Shown: positions 1 through 9,328, numbered from the stretch's first letter. The stretch: DNA of 64,000 nt from an uncultured Ruficoccus sp. (GCA_965140785.1 OZ223519.1:96001-160000), one strand, 5' to 3'. The notes: generated by a model from the letters alone, not told the origin. Numbers and translations: made by a program.

Positions 1-1189
1 CAGCCCGGCCAGGACAAATCACATTCTCCACTGGTTTCGGTACCATGATCCGGTAAGGGATAGGGATCAGGTAGGGGGCTCTGACCTTATCCTCGTGCAA
101 CGGTTGATGGCTAGGTTTCTGCGGGTCTGGAAGATCGAAGCTGTAGCCACTGAAACCAATGGTGTCAGGAAACTCTCGCTGCGCCATCACGTCTCCGACA
201 GTGTAATAGTAATCACCTCGAATACGGCGCGTTTCTCGGACGCCCAACGACGGTGATATCTCGATGATCCGGCTGCCCTCGAAGCCGGGAAAATGCTTTT
301 TCATGATCGCAAACAGGCGGTTCACCTGTGAGCGACCCTCCATGATTCCTCTTGAAATGGAGCGTCCGTCAGTACCATCCACCCCGCATATTCTGGTAGT
401 ATTAATCATGAAAGTCCCCGGTTCCATGCCCTGTTGACTGATAAAAATATCGAAGTCAAACGGCCATTGTCCTCGCTCTCGCAGGTCATGGATCATCTCT
501 TTCAGACGGATGGACGCATGCTCACGCATGTAATTCTCAAGCCTCGCTTGCTTTACACGGTCCACCCGGAATACCAGTGTGGCTGGCGTCATCAGACCAT
601 CCGACTCACGGCCCTTGATGAAATCGCAATCCGAGCGGGCGGCGACATCAGCATCCCCCGTAGCGTCAACTACAGTCGTAGCCTTCACTGCCTGCAGGCC
701 ACCTTTATTAAAAAAGACCACGTGACTGACACGTTGTGTCTCAACAACTACGTCTACAAAGCTAGTAAAAAAAAGAACGTCCACACCGGCCTCAATCATC
801 TTTTCATCGAGCAGACAAACCATAGACCGTGCTTCAAAGTAAAAGCCGACCGCTAGGTCACCGGAGGCCCAGCCGTAAGGCTGGTACATCTGGTTGGGGA
901 TGGAAGAGGGATCTAGGCCGCCTCCCTGGGCGATCAGATCGTCGGTAATCTCTCGAAAAATGCCTCCAATGCAGGGGCAGCCACCTCGGCGCGTTCTTCC
1001 GCCCAGCAGGCTGGTCACCCCCGCGCTGGTGCCGACCCCACCGAGTTGCCCGGTGCTTTCCAGCAGCAATACCCGCGCCCCATAACGCGCAGCGGACAGA
1101 GCTGCTGGAATGCCCGATGGTCCTCCACCACAAACGACGACGTCATATTGTTCAATGATAGGGATGGGGCCAAGCTTTTCAATATTCAT
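1..1189 (-). CDS. FAD-dependent oxidoreductase (runs off the left window edge; not in the ORF track)
   Basis: Manual translation from ATG at 1189 gives MNIEKLGPIPIIEQYDVVVCGGGPSGIPAALSAARYGARVLLLE (GxGxxG motif), and later GVRETRRIRG and IPYRIMVP in the same frame. Confidence 0.85.
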   Translation of the reverse strand, partial: MNIEKLGPIPIIEQYDVVVCGGGPSGIPAALSAARYGARVLLLESTGQLGGVGTSAGVTSLLGGRTRRGGCPCIGGIFREITDDLIAQGGGLDPSSIPNQMYQPYGWASGDLAVGFYFEARSMVCLLDEKMIEAGVDVLFFTSFVDVVVETQRVSHVVFFNKGGLQAVKATTVVDATGDADVAARSDCDFIKGRESDGLMTPATLVFRVDRVKQARLENYMREHASIRLKEMIHDLRERGQWPFDFDIFISQQGMEPGTFMINTTRICGVDGTDGRSISRGIMEGRSQVNRLFAIMKKHFPGFEGSRIIEISPSLGVRETRRIRGDYYYTVGDVMAQREFPDTIGFSGYSFDLPDPQKPSHQPLHEDKVRAPYLIPIPYRIMVPKPVENVICPGRA

Positions 1190-1241
1190 AATGATACTTC
1201 AGATGAATCTAGTTTACTTGCCATCATTAATTGAATGTTTC

Positions 1242-3764
1242 TTATTTATAAATGATTTCAAAAAACGGCGTGCAGTATTTCAGTTGGGAGGTGTTAATAT
1301 TAAGTTTCAACCCTTCCGGTAATTGCTCTGCGGGAACTTCTTGTGCACGAGTGCCATCGAGGTTCAACGCATAAACGGCTGGTGTATTGTTTCGGTTATT
1401 TGCGAGTGCCAAAGAAAACTCGCCAGTTTTCATCAACAATGGTGCTGTTCCTACTGTAAGCAGGCGATTACCATTTGAGTTGGTAGTCATTCCTGTGTTT
1501 ACGCAGTCGGTAGATATTACCAATAGCATATGATTTGTTTCTGTAAGGTCTTTTTCGGTATCAAGAGAGATAATGCTTATCGCGGCGGGCGTAGAGCAGT
1601 TTTTCACCAATAAACAGCCAATTTTAACAGGTCGGTTTTCTTTTATAACAGCGCCTTCGAGACGAGGGGTCTTTGCCTGCATGGTTCCTGTAGAAGTATT
1701 TAGGATAAGTTGTTCGGTTTCGCTCTCGAAAATATTCTTATCTAGATTCGTTTTATTATTTTCGGATAGTATGCCAAGCTTTCTTAGATCACGGACTATT
1801 TTGCGGGAAATTTCAGGAATTTGTGAATTCTCAATAGTAGTGACTGCTTCCACGCTCATTCCTGCTGCTCTGGCGAAATGGCGGGGAACAATTTCTAGAT
1901 CTGCTTGAATATTGGCAAAATTATTCCCATGGGAGCTTTGAGAATATCGCATGCCAACTTTTGTTAATAAAAAAGTTTTGGTGTATTCAATAGACAGGGC
2001 ATCTAGGCGGTTCGCGGATTCAAGAATTTTCGGTGTCACTAAAAATTCGACATTATGCTTAGCAGTTTCAACGTCGCCCCGCAAAAAACCAAACACATTA
2101 ACAACATCCGATGCGCGGTAAATGGGATCACGATAGTCTGAATAAAAATGAGGCTTTAATGGTGAGAAATGATCATTAACAATTAACATGCTTCCATGCG
2201 GCTGCAAGACGTCAATCCCGTTTAATGCAGAGTATGAGGCGACGAAAAGTCCAGCTTCATGGCGGTAAGGATTTGGTATAACGTCGGCATATTCCATGAT
2301 CATGCATGGAGCGTTAATATTTCGTTTAGACAGAATGCGGGCTAGATATTTTCCGTTGTCCGCGATGCTACTTTGAGTGCTTATAGCAATTTCACGGTTG
2401 CCGATAGTTTTGTATCCAGGAACAGAACTGCCCTTACGTGGTAAGCCGGGATGACCATGGTAAGAATGCAATGATATAACATCCATATCTGCCCATCCCG
2501 GGGCATCAATCATACGCATGTATAAATCCCAATTAGTGACAAGCCCTTTGTAGCCCACTTTGCGAATAGTATTGATGTAAAATTGGTTCATGTCCTCAAT
2601 TTTTTCGAGCATGAAATCGGCCGCTTCACAGCCATCTGCTGAGTCGCTCTTTAGCAGTTTTTCACTGAGCTTTGGTGCATTGGGGCCGTAGAACTGTTGC
2701 CAGTCAGGCTCGAACGCGCTCAAGTACGACGGCGTCACCCGAAAATCCTGCTCATTCATAAAGAGCATACAGGCAAAGACGGGGTCGTCTTTCCACTTTT
2801 TTCCATTAACGGTGTTAGTTCGATTGAGGAGATAAGTTATGCCCGCTTTCCAGTTTTGACGAAACTCCTCGTTGACATAAAGCTGAGCATTAAATTCCTT
2901 TCCTTGAAGATCTTTGCCTACCCAATGCCCTGGTTGTTGCGCATCCGTCCAGCCAGCAAAGGATGCCATGATATCAAAATAAACATAGATTCCACGTTTT
3001 CCTAATTCTTCCAATATGTAGTCGAATCTTTGCAATCTTTCTTCGTCGAAATATTCACGAAAATCTTCCTCGTTCTGAGGGATGAAAGATACATCTTCAA
3101 TGGTTACGCCATAACGATAGTATTTTGACTTTTTAAAAACCGGTCCATGGAAGCGAACCATATTATAACCTTGTAACATTAGATTATTGATGTAGTTGTC
3201 AATGAAGCCCTTGCCGATATTCGTTCTAAATGGAAAACTGCACGAACGGAAACGTACCGGTGTGCTAAGGTCATCTTCAAATGCCAGCTTTCCCTCTTTA
3301 TTGATGGTGAGTCGACCCTTCTCACCGGCTGGTACGCGCACCGGAATATTGCTGAAATCCAGTGCGCTTCCCTTTTTGATAGGAAGGAAATTACCATTAG
3401 AATTCCCCATATAGACTGGTCGCCAGTTTTTTCCGGGAAGGTATTGGACGACTTGATTTCCGTAAGGCAATATCCCGGTATCGTCCGCATACAGTTCTGG
3501 GGCTTCCAAGATTGTGTTAGGCGGAAGAGTTAGTGTGATCTCTGAAGAGTAACCCAATGAGGATGGCTCAATTACAAAGGGAAAAACTACTTTATTCCAT
3601 ACGCTACTAAGTAGAAAATCATGGCCAAATGGTTGAATGCTTGCTGGTTTGGTGTCGATTTTCACGACTGCAGGTGAAGCATTTTTGGCCCAGAAGCATA
3701 GCGAGTACACTTTACCGAGCTTAATTTTATTACCGGGTATTTTCAGCGAGATGACCGTGTCCAC
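1242..3764 (-). CDS. Glycoside hydrolase, GH5/clan GH-A-like, N-terminally truncated by an IS
   Basis: 840 aa; NMVRFH, LFMNEQ (acid/base), LHSYHGHP and IMEY (nucleophile); AT-rich; the first 13 nt lie inside the IS left end. Confidence 0.7.
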   Translation of the reverse strand: MDTVISLKIPGNKIKLGKVYSLCFWAKNASPAVVKIDTKPASIQPFGHDFLLSSVWNKVVFPFVIEPSSLGYSSEITLTLPPNTILEAPELYADDTGILPYGNQVVQYLPGKNWRPVYMGNSNGNFLPIKKGSALDFSNIPVRVPAGEKGRLTINKEGKLAFEDDLSTPVRFRSCSFPFRTNIGKGFIDNYINNLMLQGYNMVRFHGPVFKKSKYYRYGVTIEDVSFIPQNEEDFREYFDEERLQRFDYILEELGKRGIYVYFDIMASFAGWTDAQQPGHWVGKDLQGKEFNAQLYVNEEFRQNWKAGITYLLNRTNTVNGKKWKDDPVFACMLFMNEQDFRVTPSYLSAFEPDWQQFYGPNAPKLSEKLLKSDSADGCEAADFMLEKIEDMNQFYINTIRKVGYKGLVTNWDLYMRMIDAPGWADMDVISLHSYHGHPGLPRKGSSVPGYKTIGNREIAISTQSSIADNGKYLARILSKRNINAPCMIMEYADVIPNPYRHEAGLFVASYSALNGIDVLQPHGSMLIVNDHFSPLKPHFYSDYRDPIYRASDVVNVFGFLRGDVETAKHNVEFLVTPKILESANRLDALSIEYTKTFLLTKVGMRYSQSSHGNNFANIQADLEIVPRHFARAAGMSVEAVTTIENSQIPEISRKIVRDLRKLGILSENNKTNLDKNIFESETEQLILNTSTGTMQAKTPRLEGAVIKENRPVKIGCLLVKNCSTPAAISIISLDTEKDLTETNHMLLVISTDCVNTGMTTNSNGNRLLTVGTAPLLMKTGEFSLALANNRNNTPAVYALNLDGTRAQEVPAEQLPEGLKLNINTSQLKYCTPFFEIIYK

Positions 3765-3817
3765 TTAAACTGTGCCACTTGCAAAGTTAGTCTGAGTGCT
3801 TAGAAAGGACTCAGACG

Positions 3818-4084
3818 ATGAAAGGCAAGCGATACAGTACAGAGCAAAAAATCCGCATTTTACGCGCCGCTGATGCTGGCAGAGCGATCGTGGATGTCTG
3901 CCGCGAGGCAGGGATCAGCGAGCAGACGTTCCACCGCTGGAAGCGGGAGCTTGGGATGCTGGAAGTCGATCAGGCCAAGCAACTGAAGGAACTGCAAAAG
4001 GAGAACGCTCGGCTGAAGCGTATGCTGGCGGACGAGATACTTGGTAAGGAGCTGCTGAAGGAGGCGCTCGAAAAAAAATGGTAA
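3818..4084 (+). CDS. IS3-family transposase OrfA (HTH)
   Basis: MKGKRYSTEQKIRIL...VCREAGISEQTFHRWK, followed by a leucine-zipper-like segment. Confidence 0.9.
   Translation: MKGKRYSTEQKIRILRAADAGRAIVDVCREAGISEQTFHRWKRELGMLEVDQAKQLKELQKENARLKRMLADEILGKELLKEALEKKW
4071..4078 (+). other. -1 programmed frameshift slippery site (A8)
   Basis: AAAAAAAA at the orfA/orfB overlap, as expected in IS3-family elements. Confidence 0.75.
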
Positions 4085-5019
4085 GCCCTGCACACAAGCG
4101 CGAGATGGCGCAAACTCTGGTGTCGCAGGGCAGATGTTCAGCGCGGGCGGCCTGCCGTCACTTTGGGTTGCATCGCAGTACCTTCGGCTATCAGGCGAAG
4201 GAGACTACGCCCTGGTTGGCAAAGTTACGTGGGGCTTTGCGTCGCAAGAGCGAAGCGCATCCCGAGCTGGGTTACCCGAAAATCACTCATCTACTCAAGC
4301 GCGATGGTTGGGACGTAGGTAAGCGGCTGGTGCAGCGCCTGCGCCAGGAGATGGGGCTGAAGTGTCCGACTAAGAAGCCTCGTCAGCGTCGGCGCGGCCC
4401 CTCGACGGGCTTACCGACAAAGGCTACTCATCGCAACCACGTGTGGACCTGCGACTTCGTGGCCGACCGTACGGCTAAGGGCGGATCAATCCGCATGCTC
4501 ACGGTACTCGATGAGTACACCCGTGAGTGCCTGTGCATCCACGTCGATCGCCACCTCAACGCCGCCAAGGTGCGAGCCGTCATGAGCGAGTTGATCAGTG
4601 CCTACGGCAGCCCCGAGCACATCCGTAGCGACAACGGCAGCGAGTTTATCGAGAAGAGCCTGCGTAAATGGTACGCGGACGAGGAGATCAAGACGCTCTA
4701 CATTGAGCCGGGCAGTCCCTGGCAGAACGGCTACATAGAATCCTTCAACGGCAGACTCCGCGATGAGTGCCTCAACCGCGAGTGGTTTTATACGCTCACC
4801 GAGGCACGCGTGGTCATTGAGGACTGGAGGTGGAAATACAACAACATCCGCCCGCACCGTTCACTCGGACTGCTCACGCCGCTCGAGTTTGCAGCCAAAG
4901 AAACCGCACCAACCCCCTTCGACATCAACTTCCAAGGCATGGGCTACACTCGGGCTACGCCCTCCTTCCGCCCAAGCCTTGACACCCTCTACAACCTAAC
5001 CCTAGAATCACATCATTAA
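4078..5019 (+). CDS. IS3-family transposase OrfB (DDE/rve)
   Basis: WTCDF, IRSDNGSEF, PGSPWQNGYIESFNGRLRDECLN and YNNIRPHRSL. Confidence 0.93.
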   Translation: MVSPAHKREMAQTLVSQGRCSARAACRHFGLHRSTFGYQAKETTPWLAKLRGALRRKSEAHPELGYPKITHLLKRDGWDVGKRLVQRLRQEMGLKCPTKKPRQRRRGPSTGLPTKATHRNHVWTCDFVADRTAKGGSIRMLTVLDEYTRECLCIHVDRHLNAAKVRAVMSELISAYGSPEHIRSDNGSEFIEKSLRKWYADEEIKTLYIEPGSPWQNGYIESFNGRLRDECLNREWFYTLTEARVVIEDWRWKYNNIRPHRSLGLLTPLEFAAKETAPTPFDINFQGMGYTRATPSFRPSLDTLYNLTLESHH

Positions 5020-5067
5020 CCCGCTCAGACTAACTCTCAATGCGGTACAGTTTGCGTAGGCAGGTCA

Positions 5068-6240
5068 CGGGTAAACCGATCGTTGATGTCTGCCGCGAGG
5101 CAGGGATCAGTGAGCAGACGTTCCACCGCTGGAAGCGTGAGCTTGGGATGTTGGAAGTTGACCAGGCCAAGCAGTTGAAGGAACTGCTGAAGGAGGCTCT
5201 CGAAAAAAAAATGGTAAGCCCTGCACACAAGCGCGAGATGGCGCAAACTCTGGTGTCGCAGGGCAGATGTTCAGCGCGGGCGGCCTGCCGTCACTTTGGG
5301 TTGCATCGAAGCACGTTTGGCTATCAGGCGAAGGAAGCTGCCCCTTGGTTGGCAAGGTTACGTGGAGCTTTGCGTCGCAAGAGCGAAGCGCATCCCGAGC
5401 TGGGTTACCCGAAAATCACGCGCCTGCTGAAAAAGGACGGCTGGGATATCGGTAAACGGCTGGTGCAGCGCCTGCGTCAGGAGATGGGGCTGAAGTGTCC
5501 GACCAAGAAGCCACGTCAGCGTCGGCGTGGTCCCTCGACGGGCTTGCCGACAAAGGCCACGCACCAGGGCCACGTGTGGACCTGCGACTTTGTTGCGGAC
5601 CGCACGGCTAAGGGTGGCTCCATCCGCATGCTCACGGTGCTCGACGAGTTTACCCGCGTACCGAACTGAGGCGAAGCCTCGGTGACAAAGCGCAGCGCCC
5701 ATGCCTGTGCATCCATGTGGATCGCCACCTCAACGCCGCCAAGGTGCGGGCCGTCATGAGTGAGTTGATCAGTGCCTACGGCAGCCCCGAGCACATTCGC
5801 TCCGACAACGGTTCGGAGTTTATCGAGAAGAGTCTGCGGGGTTGGTATGCCGACGAGGGCATCAAGACACTCTACATCGAACCGGGCAGCCCCTGGCAAA
5901 ACGGCTACATCTAGTCCTTCAACGGACGACTACGCGACGAGTGTCTCAACCGCGAGTGGTTTTACACGCTCACCGAGGCACGCGTTGTCATCGAAGATTG
6001 GCGCTGGAAGTATAACAACATCCGCCCGCATCGTTCTCTCGGACTGCTCACGCCACTTGAGTTTGCAGCAAAAGAAACAGCACCAGAACTCTTCGAAACC
6101 AACCTCCAAGGCATGGGCTACACTCGGGCTACGCCCTCCTTCCGCCCATGCCTTGATACCCTCTACAACCGAACACTCAATCACATCATTAATCCGCTCA
6201 GACTAACTCTCAATGCGGTACAGTTTGCGTAGGCAGGTTA
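5068..6240 (+). mobile_element. IS3-family copy 2, 5'-truncated pseudo-element
   Basis: Starts mid-orfA right after the copy 1 IRR; 60-nt deletion in orfA, A9 tract, 42-nt insert at 5659-5700, TAG at 5912-5914; IRR ends TA rather than CA. Confidence 0.9.
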
Positions 6241-6404
6241 GGTGTTTTTTCTAAAACATATTGTTCGATTTCTTTGCCGAAATAATTCTGACACTTGTCA
6301 CAAACCTTTCCTTTGAGCACTAAATCATCGTTTCCGAGTGACTCAGGAATAATATGCTCAATCGTTGAGAAAGGGCCATCGGCTTTGCAAAAAACGCATT
6401 TCAT
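6241..6404 (-). pseudogene. HNH endonuclease fragment truncated by IS copy 2
   Basis: MKCVFC...EHIIPESLG...VCDKCQNYFG; the frame runs into the IRR at 6240. Confidence 0.7.
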
Positions 6405-6706
6405 GCTTGGACCTAATCTTTAAGAGCGATTCCCATCCAGTGCTTCGCGTAGCATGTTCAGATGATGTATGGTGGTCAAGTTTGGTGTTGAATTGTTACC
6501 GTTTGTTTGAACAGCGGAGACTCTGCATACCCCATACCTCCAAGACTGTTGATTTAGCTGGGCCGATTCTGAGGTGGTTTTCAGAAAAAGGGCCGGGATT
6601 TTTGGCGGGGGCATTGGGGCTGTGGAAGGGGGCGATTCTGGCGGTTGAAACTCAGAATACGGCTTTTGGAAGCGGGGTTGCGTAAGCTTTTGCTGGCAGC
6701 CACTTA

Positions 6707-6744
6707 CAAAAAATCCCGCTCGGTGTGCGAGGCGGGATTTTTTG
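6707..6744. terminator. Bidirectional terminator-like hairpin
   Basis: CAAAAAATCCCGC-N12-GCGGGATTTTTTG. Confidence 0.65.
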
Positions 6745-7053
6745 TGGCAGGGGTGGTCGGTGTGCCCGCGACAGGAAAAAGATGGGGTGGCAAGCGGGAC
6801 CGTCTTCGGAGGAATTCACGCAGTTCGGCGCCCCTTTCCGAACTCTCTTCAGACCTTTTATCGTTTCAGGGCCATAAAAGCGTGTCGTATTGACTCAATT
6901 TTGGGTTTTGTCAGACAGCGACAAGCGTCTCCTTTCCATTTCTGGGTTGGGCCTCGCGATAATAGTAGTTCAGCAAGTCTCCCAGCTGTGCGTGCTGGCT
7001 GACGCACTGCCTGTCACTTTTACAAATAGCTGAGGATTTATCGACCTTAGCGG

Positions 7054-8040
7054 GAGTGTAGCCCATGTCCTGGAAGTTGATTTCGAAGAAGTCTGGTGCG
7101 GTTTCTTTTGCTGCAAACTCGAGCGGCGTGAGCAGTCCGATGGAACGGTGCGGACGGATGTTGTTGTACTGGGCGCTTCGCTAGTGTCGTCGTTACGCTC
7201 CTCGGTAGTCGGAGCGGATGTGCTCGGGGCTGCCATAGGCACTGATCAGTTCGCTCATGACGGCTCTGACTTTGGCGGTGTTGAGGTAGCGATCAACATG
7301 GATGCACAGACATGGGCGCTGCGCTTTGTCACCGAGGCTTCGCCTCAGTTCGGTACGCGGGTGTACTCGTCGAGCACAGTGAGCATGCGGATAGATTCGC
7401 CTTTGGCCGTGTGATCGGCCACTACCGAGCGCGGAGCGCGACATGACCACAAGAAAACAAGTCGCAGGTCCACACGTGGTTGCGATGAGTAGCCTTCATC
7501 GGTAAGCCCGTCGAGGGACCGTGCCGACGCTGACGAGGCTTCTTGGTCGGACACTTCAGCCCCATCTTTTGGCGCAGAGGTTGCGCCATCTCGCGCTTGT
7601 GTGCAGGGCTTATCGAGTCCGCGAGGCAGGACTCGCCATTTTCTCCGAGCGCCTCCTTCAGAAGCTTCTTGCCCAGTATCTCGTCGGCTAGCATGCGCTT
7701 CAGCCGTGCGTGTCAGGCCTTCTCGCTACGCTCGTGAACTCCTTTTGCAGTTCCTTCAGTTGCTTGGCCTGATCGACTTCCAGCATCCCAAGTGTCTTCG
7801 CTTTCGCTCGAGTGTCGCCGTGCCAATCGGCACAGGCTTGGTACGCGTTTCCAGCGGTGGAACGTCTGCTCGCTGATCCCCCGCCTCTCGGCAGACATCA
7901 ACGATCGATTGGCCCGCATCAGCGGCCCGTAATAGGCGGATCTTTTGTTCGGTACTGTATCGCTTGCCTTTCATCGTCTGAGTCCTTTCTAAGCACTCAG
8001 ACTAACTTTGCAAGCGGACCAGTTTAAGTGGACACGGTCA
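7054..8040 (-). mobile_element. IS3-family copy 3, heavily decayed and lacking its IRR
   Basis: IRL at 8040; orfA/orfB homology broken by two ~200-nt deletions and six short inserts. Confidence 0.9.
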
Positions 8041-8057
8041 ATAATCGTCTTGTTGTC

Positions 8058-9293
8058 CTAAGTGGAAGTAGCCTCAATGAGCGTCTCAACCGGCGTGAAA
8101 GCAACATCCACACGGCCTAGCACCGTTGTTGTGTAGCACAGGTAGCGGTCTGAGGCGCAGAACTGGGGGTGGGGATGGACGTGGTAATTGCGTTGCGATT
8201 TAGTCGGACGTGGCATCTGTGAGACGATGTTTACTTCGTGCCCAGTTTTGCGATTCAGAAATGCAACCCGACTTTCGGAAGGAAGCTGCGGCGGCTGGGA
8301 ATCGGCGACCAGATAACTCCCGGTGCGGTCGGAATGGGCATGGGAGGCATGCGTGAGCGGCCAGACCAATTCCGGAATCGGCGAAGACACACACGCCCGC
8401 TCCACGCCGGTGCCATAGTGGACATACCAGACTTTTCTGCCATCGGCGTCCCACCACTCATGCCCGTGCATGGCACGACAATCCGTAGGGTGCCTGCTGG
8501 AGACGCCGTGAAGATGCTCATTTGTCATGGTCGTCTCACCCTTGTAGGGGATCGGCTGCGCAAAGAGCGGAGTGGCCTTTTTTTCGCGCCGGATCAGCCA
8601 GATTCTGTTCTCATAACCTGTGACGTTTCCTGTAATGGGGTGGACGGCGTAATCCTGGGCAATCATTTGAACGTCTGGATCCGTCGGACTAAACTGTCCA
8701 TGGTTATAGCAGCGGTCGAATCGCTGCCATAGTTCGACCTGGCTGCCGTCAAGAGGGATGCTTCCCACCAGCCATTCGGCTCCGAATTCAGCGTCGAAAT
8801 TGAGCGAACGCTTGTCCGCCGAAAACGTAAGATGGGTGGCAACCCGCACTGGCTGACGGCTGCGCGCGAGCTCTTGCGGCAGTCGATTAACCAGGCGAGG
8901 CTTATCGTCTCGACCGGGGCCACGTTTCCAAACCTCAAGGTTACTGCACCAGTAGACCTCTGCAGAGTCGGTATCAACCAGCGGCGATGCGTCCAGAAAC
9001 TGTGTCTCGGGAAAGTGCTCGATGCGTCCCCTGGCAAAGTCGCAAACGCCCAGCATGCGTCCTTGGCGACTACTGCCGCCCGGAGGGCATGCGAAGTAGA
9101 ACCAGCAGAAGCGCCCGTCCGCGCTCATGCCCGGGTTGACGAAATAGAAGGACTGCTGCAACTCGGCGACACGGGAAGTGAGGATGTAGCTGACAATTCC
9201 TGACTTCGGATCTTGCCAGGGGCTAACCAATGAGGACTTGGAAATGGTTGGCCTGCTCCGTTGCTGAGTGTTCGACAAAATAGTGGTTGACAT
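8058..9293 (-). CDS. Oligogalacturonate lyase-like beta-propeller protein
   Basis: N-terminal WQDPKSG...YFVNP, NHGQFSPTDP, HEWW and C-terminal HPHPQF; start uncertain. Confidence 0.6.
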   Translation of the reverse strand: MSTTILSNTQQRSRPTISKSSLVSPWQDPKSGIVSYILTSRVAELQQSFYFVNPGMSADGRFCWFYFACPPGGSSRQGRMLGVCDFARGRIEHFPETQFLDASPLVDTDSAEVYWCSNLEVWKRGPGRDDKPRLVNRLPQELARSRQPVRVATHLTFSADKRSLNFDAEFGAEWLVGSIPLDGSQVELWQRFDRCYNHGQFSPTDPDVQMIAQDYAVHPITGNVTGYENRIWLIRREKKATPLFAQPIPYKGETTMTNEHLHGVSSRHPTDCRAMHGHEWWDADGRKVWYVHYGTGVERACVSSPIPELVWPLTHASHAHSDRTGSYLVADSQPPQLPSESRVAFLNRKTGHEVNIVSQMPRPTKSQRNYHVHPHPQFCASDRYLCYTTTVLGRVDVAFTPVETLIEATST

Positions 9294-9309
9294 ACCTGAT
9301 GAAAACAGA

Positions 9310-9327
9310 TGACTTATCGGTAAGTCA
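9310..9327. promoter_or_regulatory. Putative LacI-family operator
   Basis: TGACTTATCGGTAAGTCA, a near-perfect CG-centred palindrome directly upstream of the LacI gene. Confidence 0.55.
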
Positions 9328-9328
9328 A

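Larger units (their letters stand above)
3752..5067 (+). mobile_element. IS3-family element (IS407-group-like), copy 1, apparently intact
   Basis: TG...CA ends; imperfect ~45-bp IRs (TGACCGTGTCCACTTAAACTGTGCC...AGTTAGTCTGAG vs TGACCTGCCTACGCAAACTGTACC...AGTTAGTCTGAG); orfA and orfB overlap in the -1 frame. Confidence 0.93.

Noticed and set aside
434..1322. Short ORFs from the track (434-856, 858-1133 and others)
   Set aside because: They overlap the real minus-strand FAD oxidoreductase, which the track missed because it has no stop inside the window
6405..6470. Possible integron attC upstream of the HNH fragment
   Set aside because: Only a degenerate core (GATTAGG) and no convincing paired L/R boxes; no integrase
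7171..7843. CRISPR-like array interpretation of the spaced inserts
   Set aside because: The inserts differ in sequence and orientation, the intervening DNA is collinear IS sequence, and there are no cas genes
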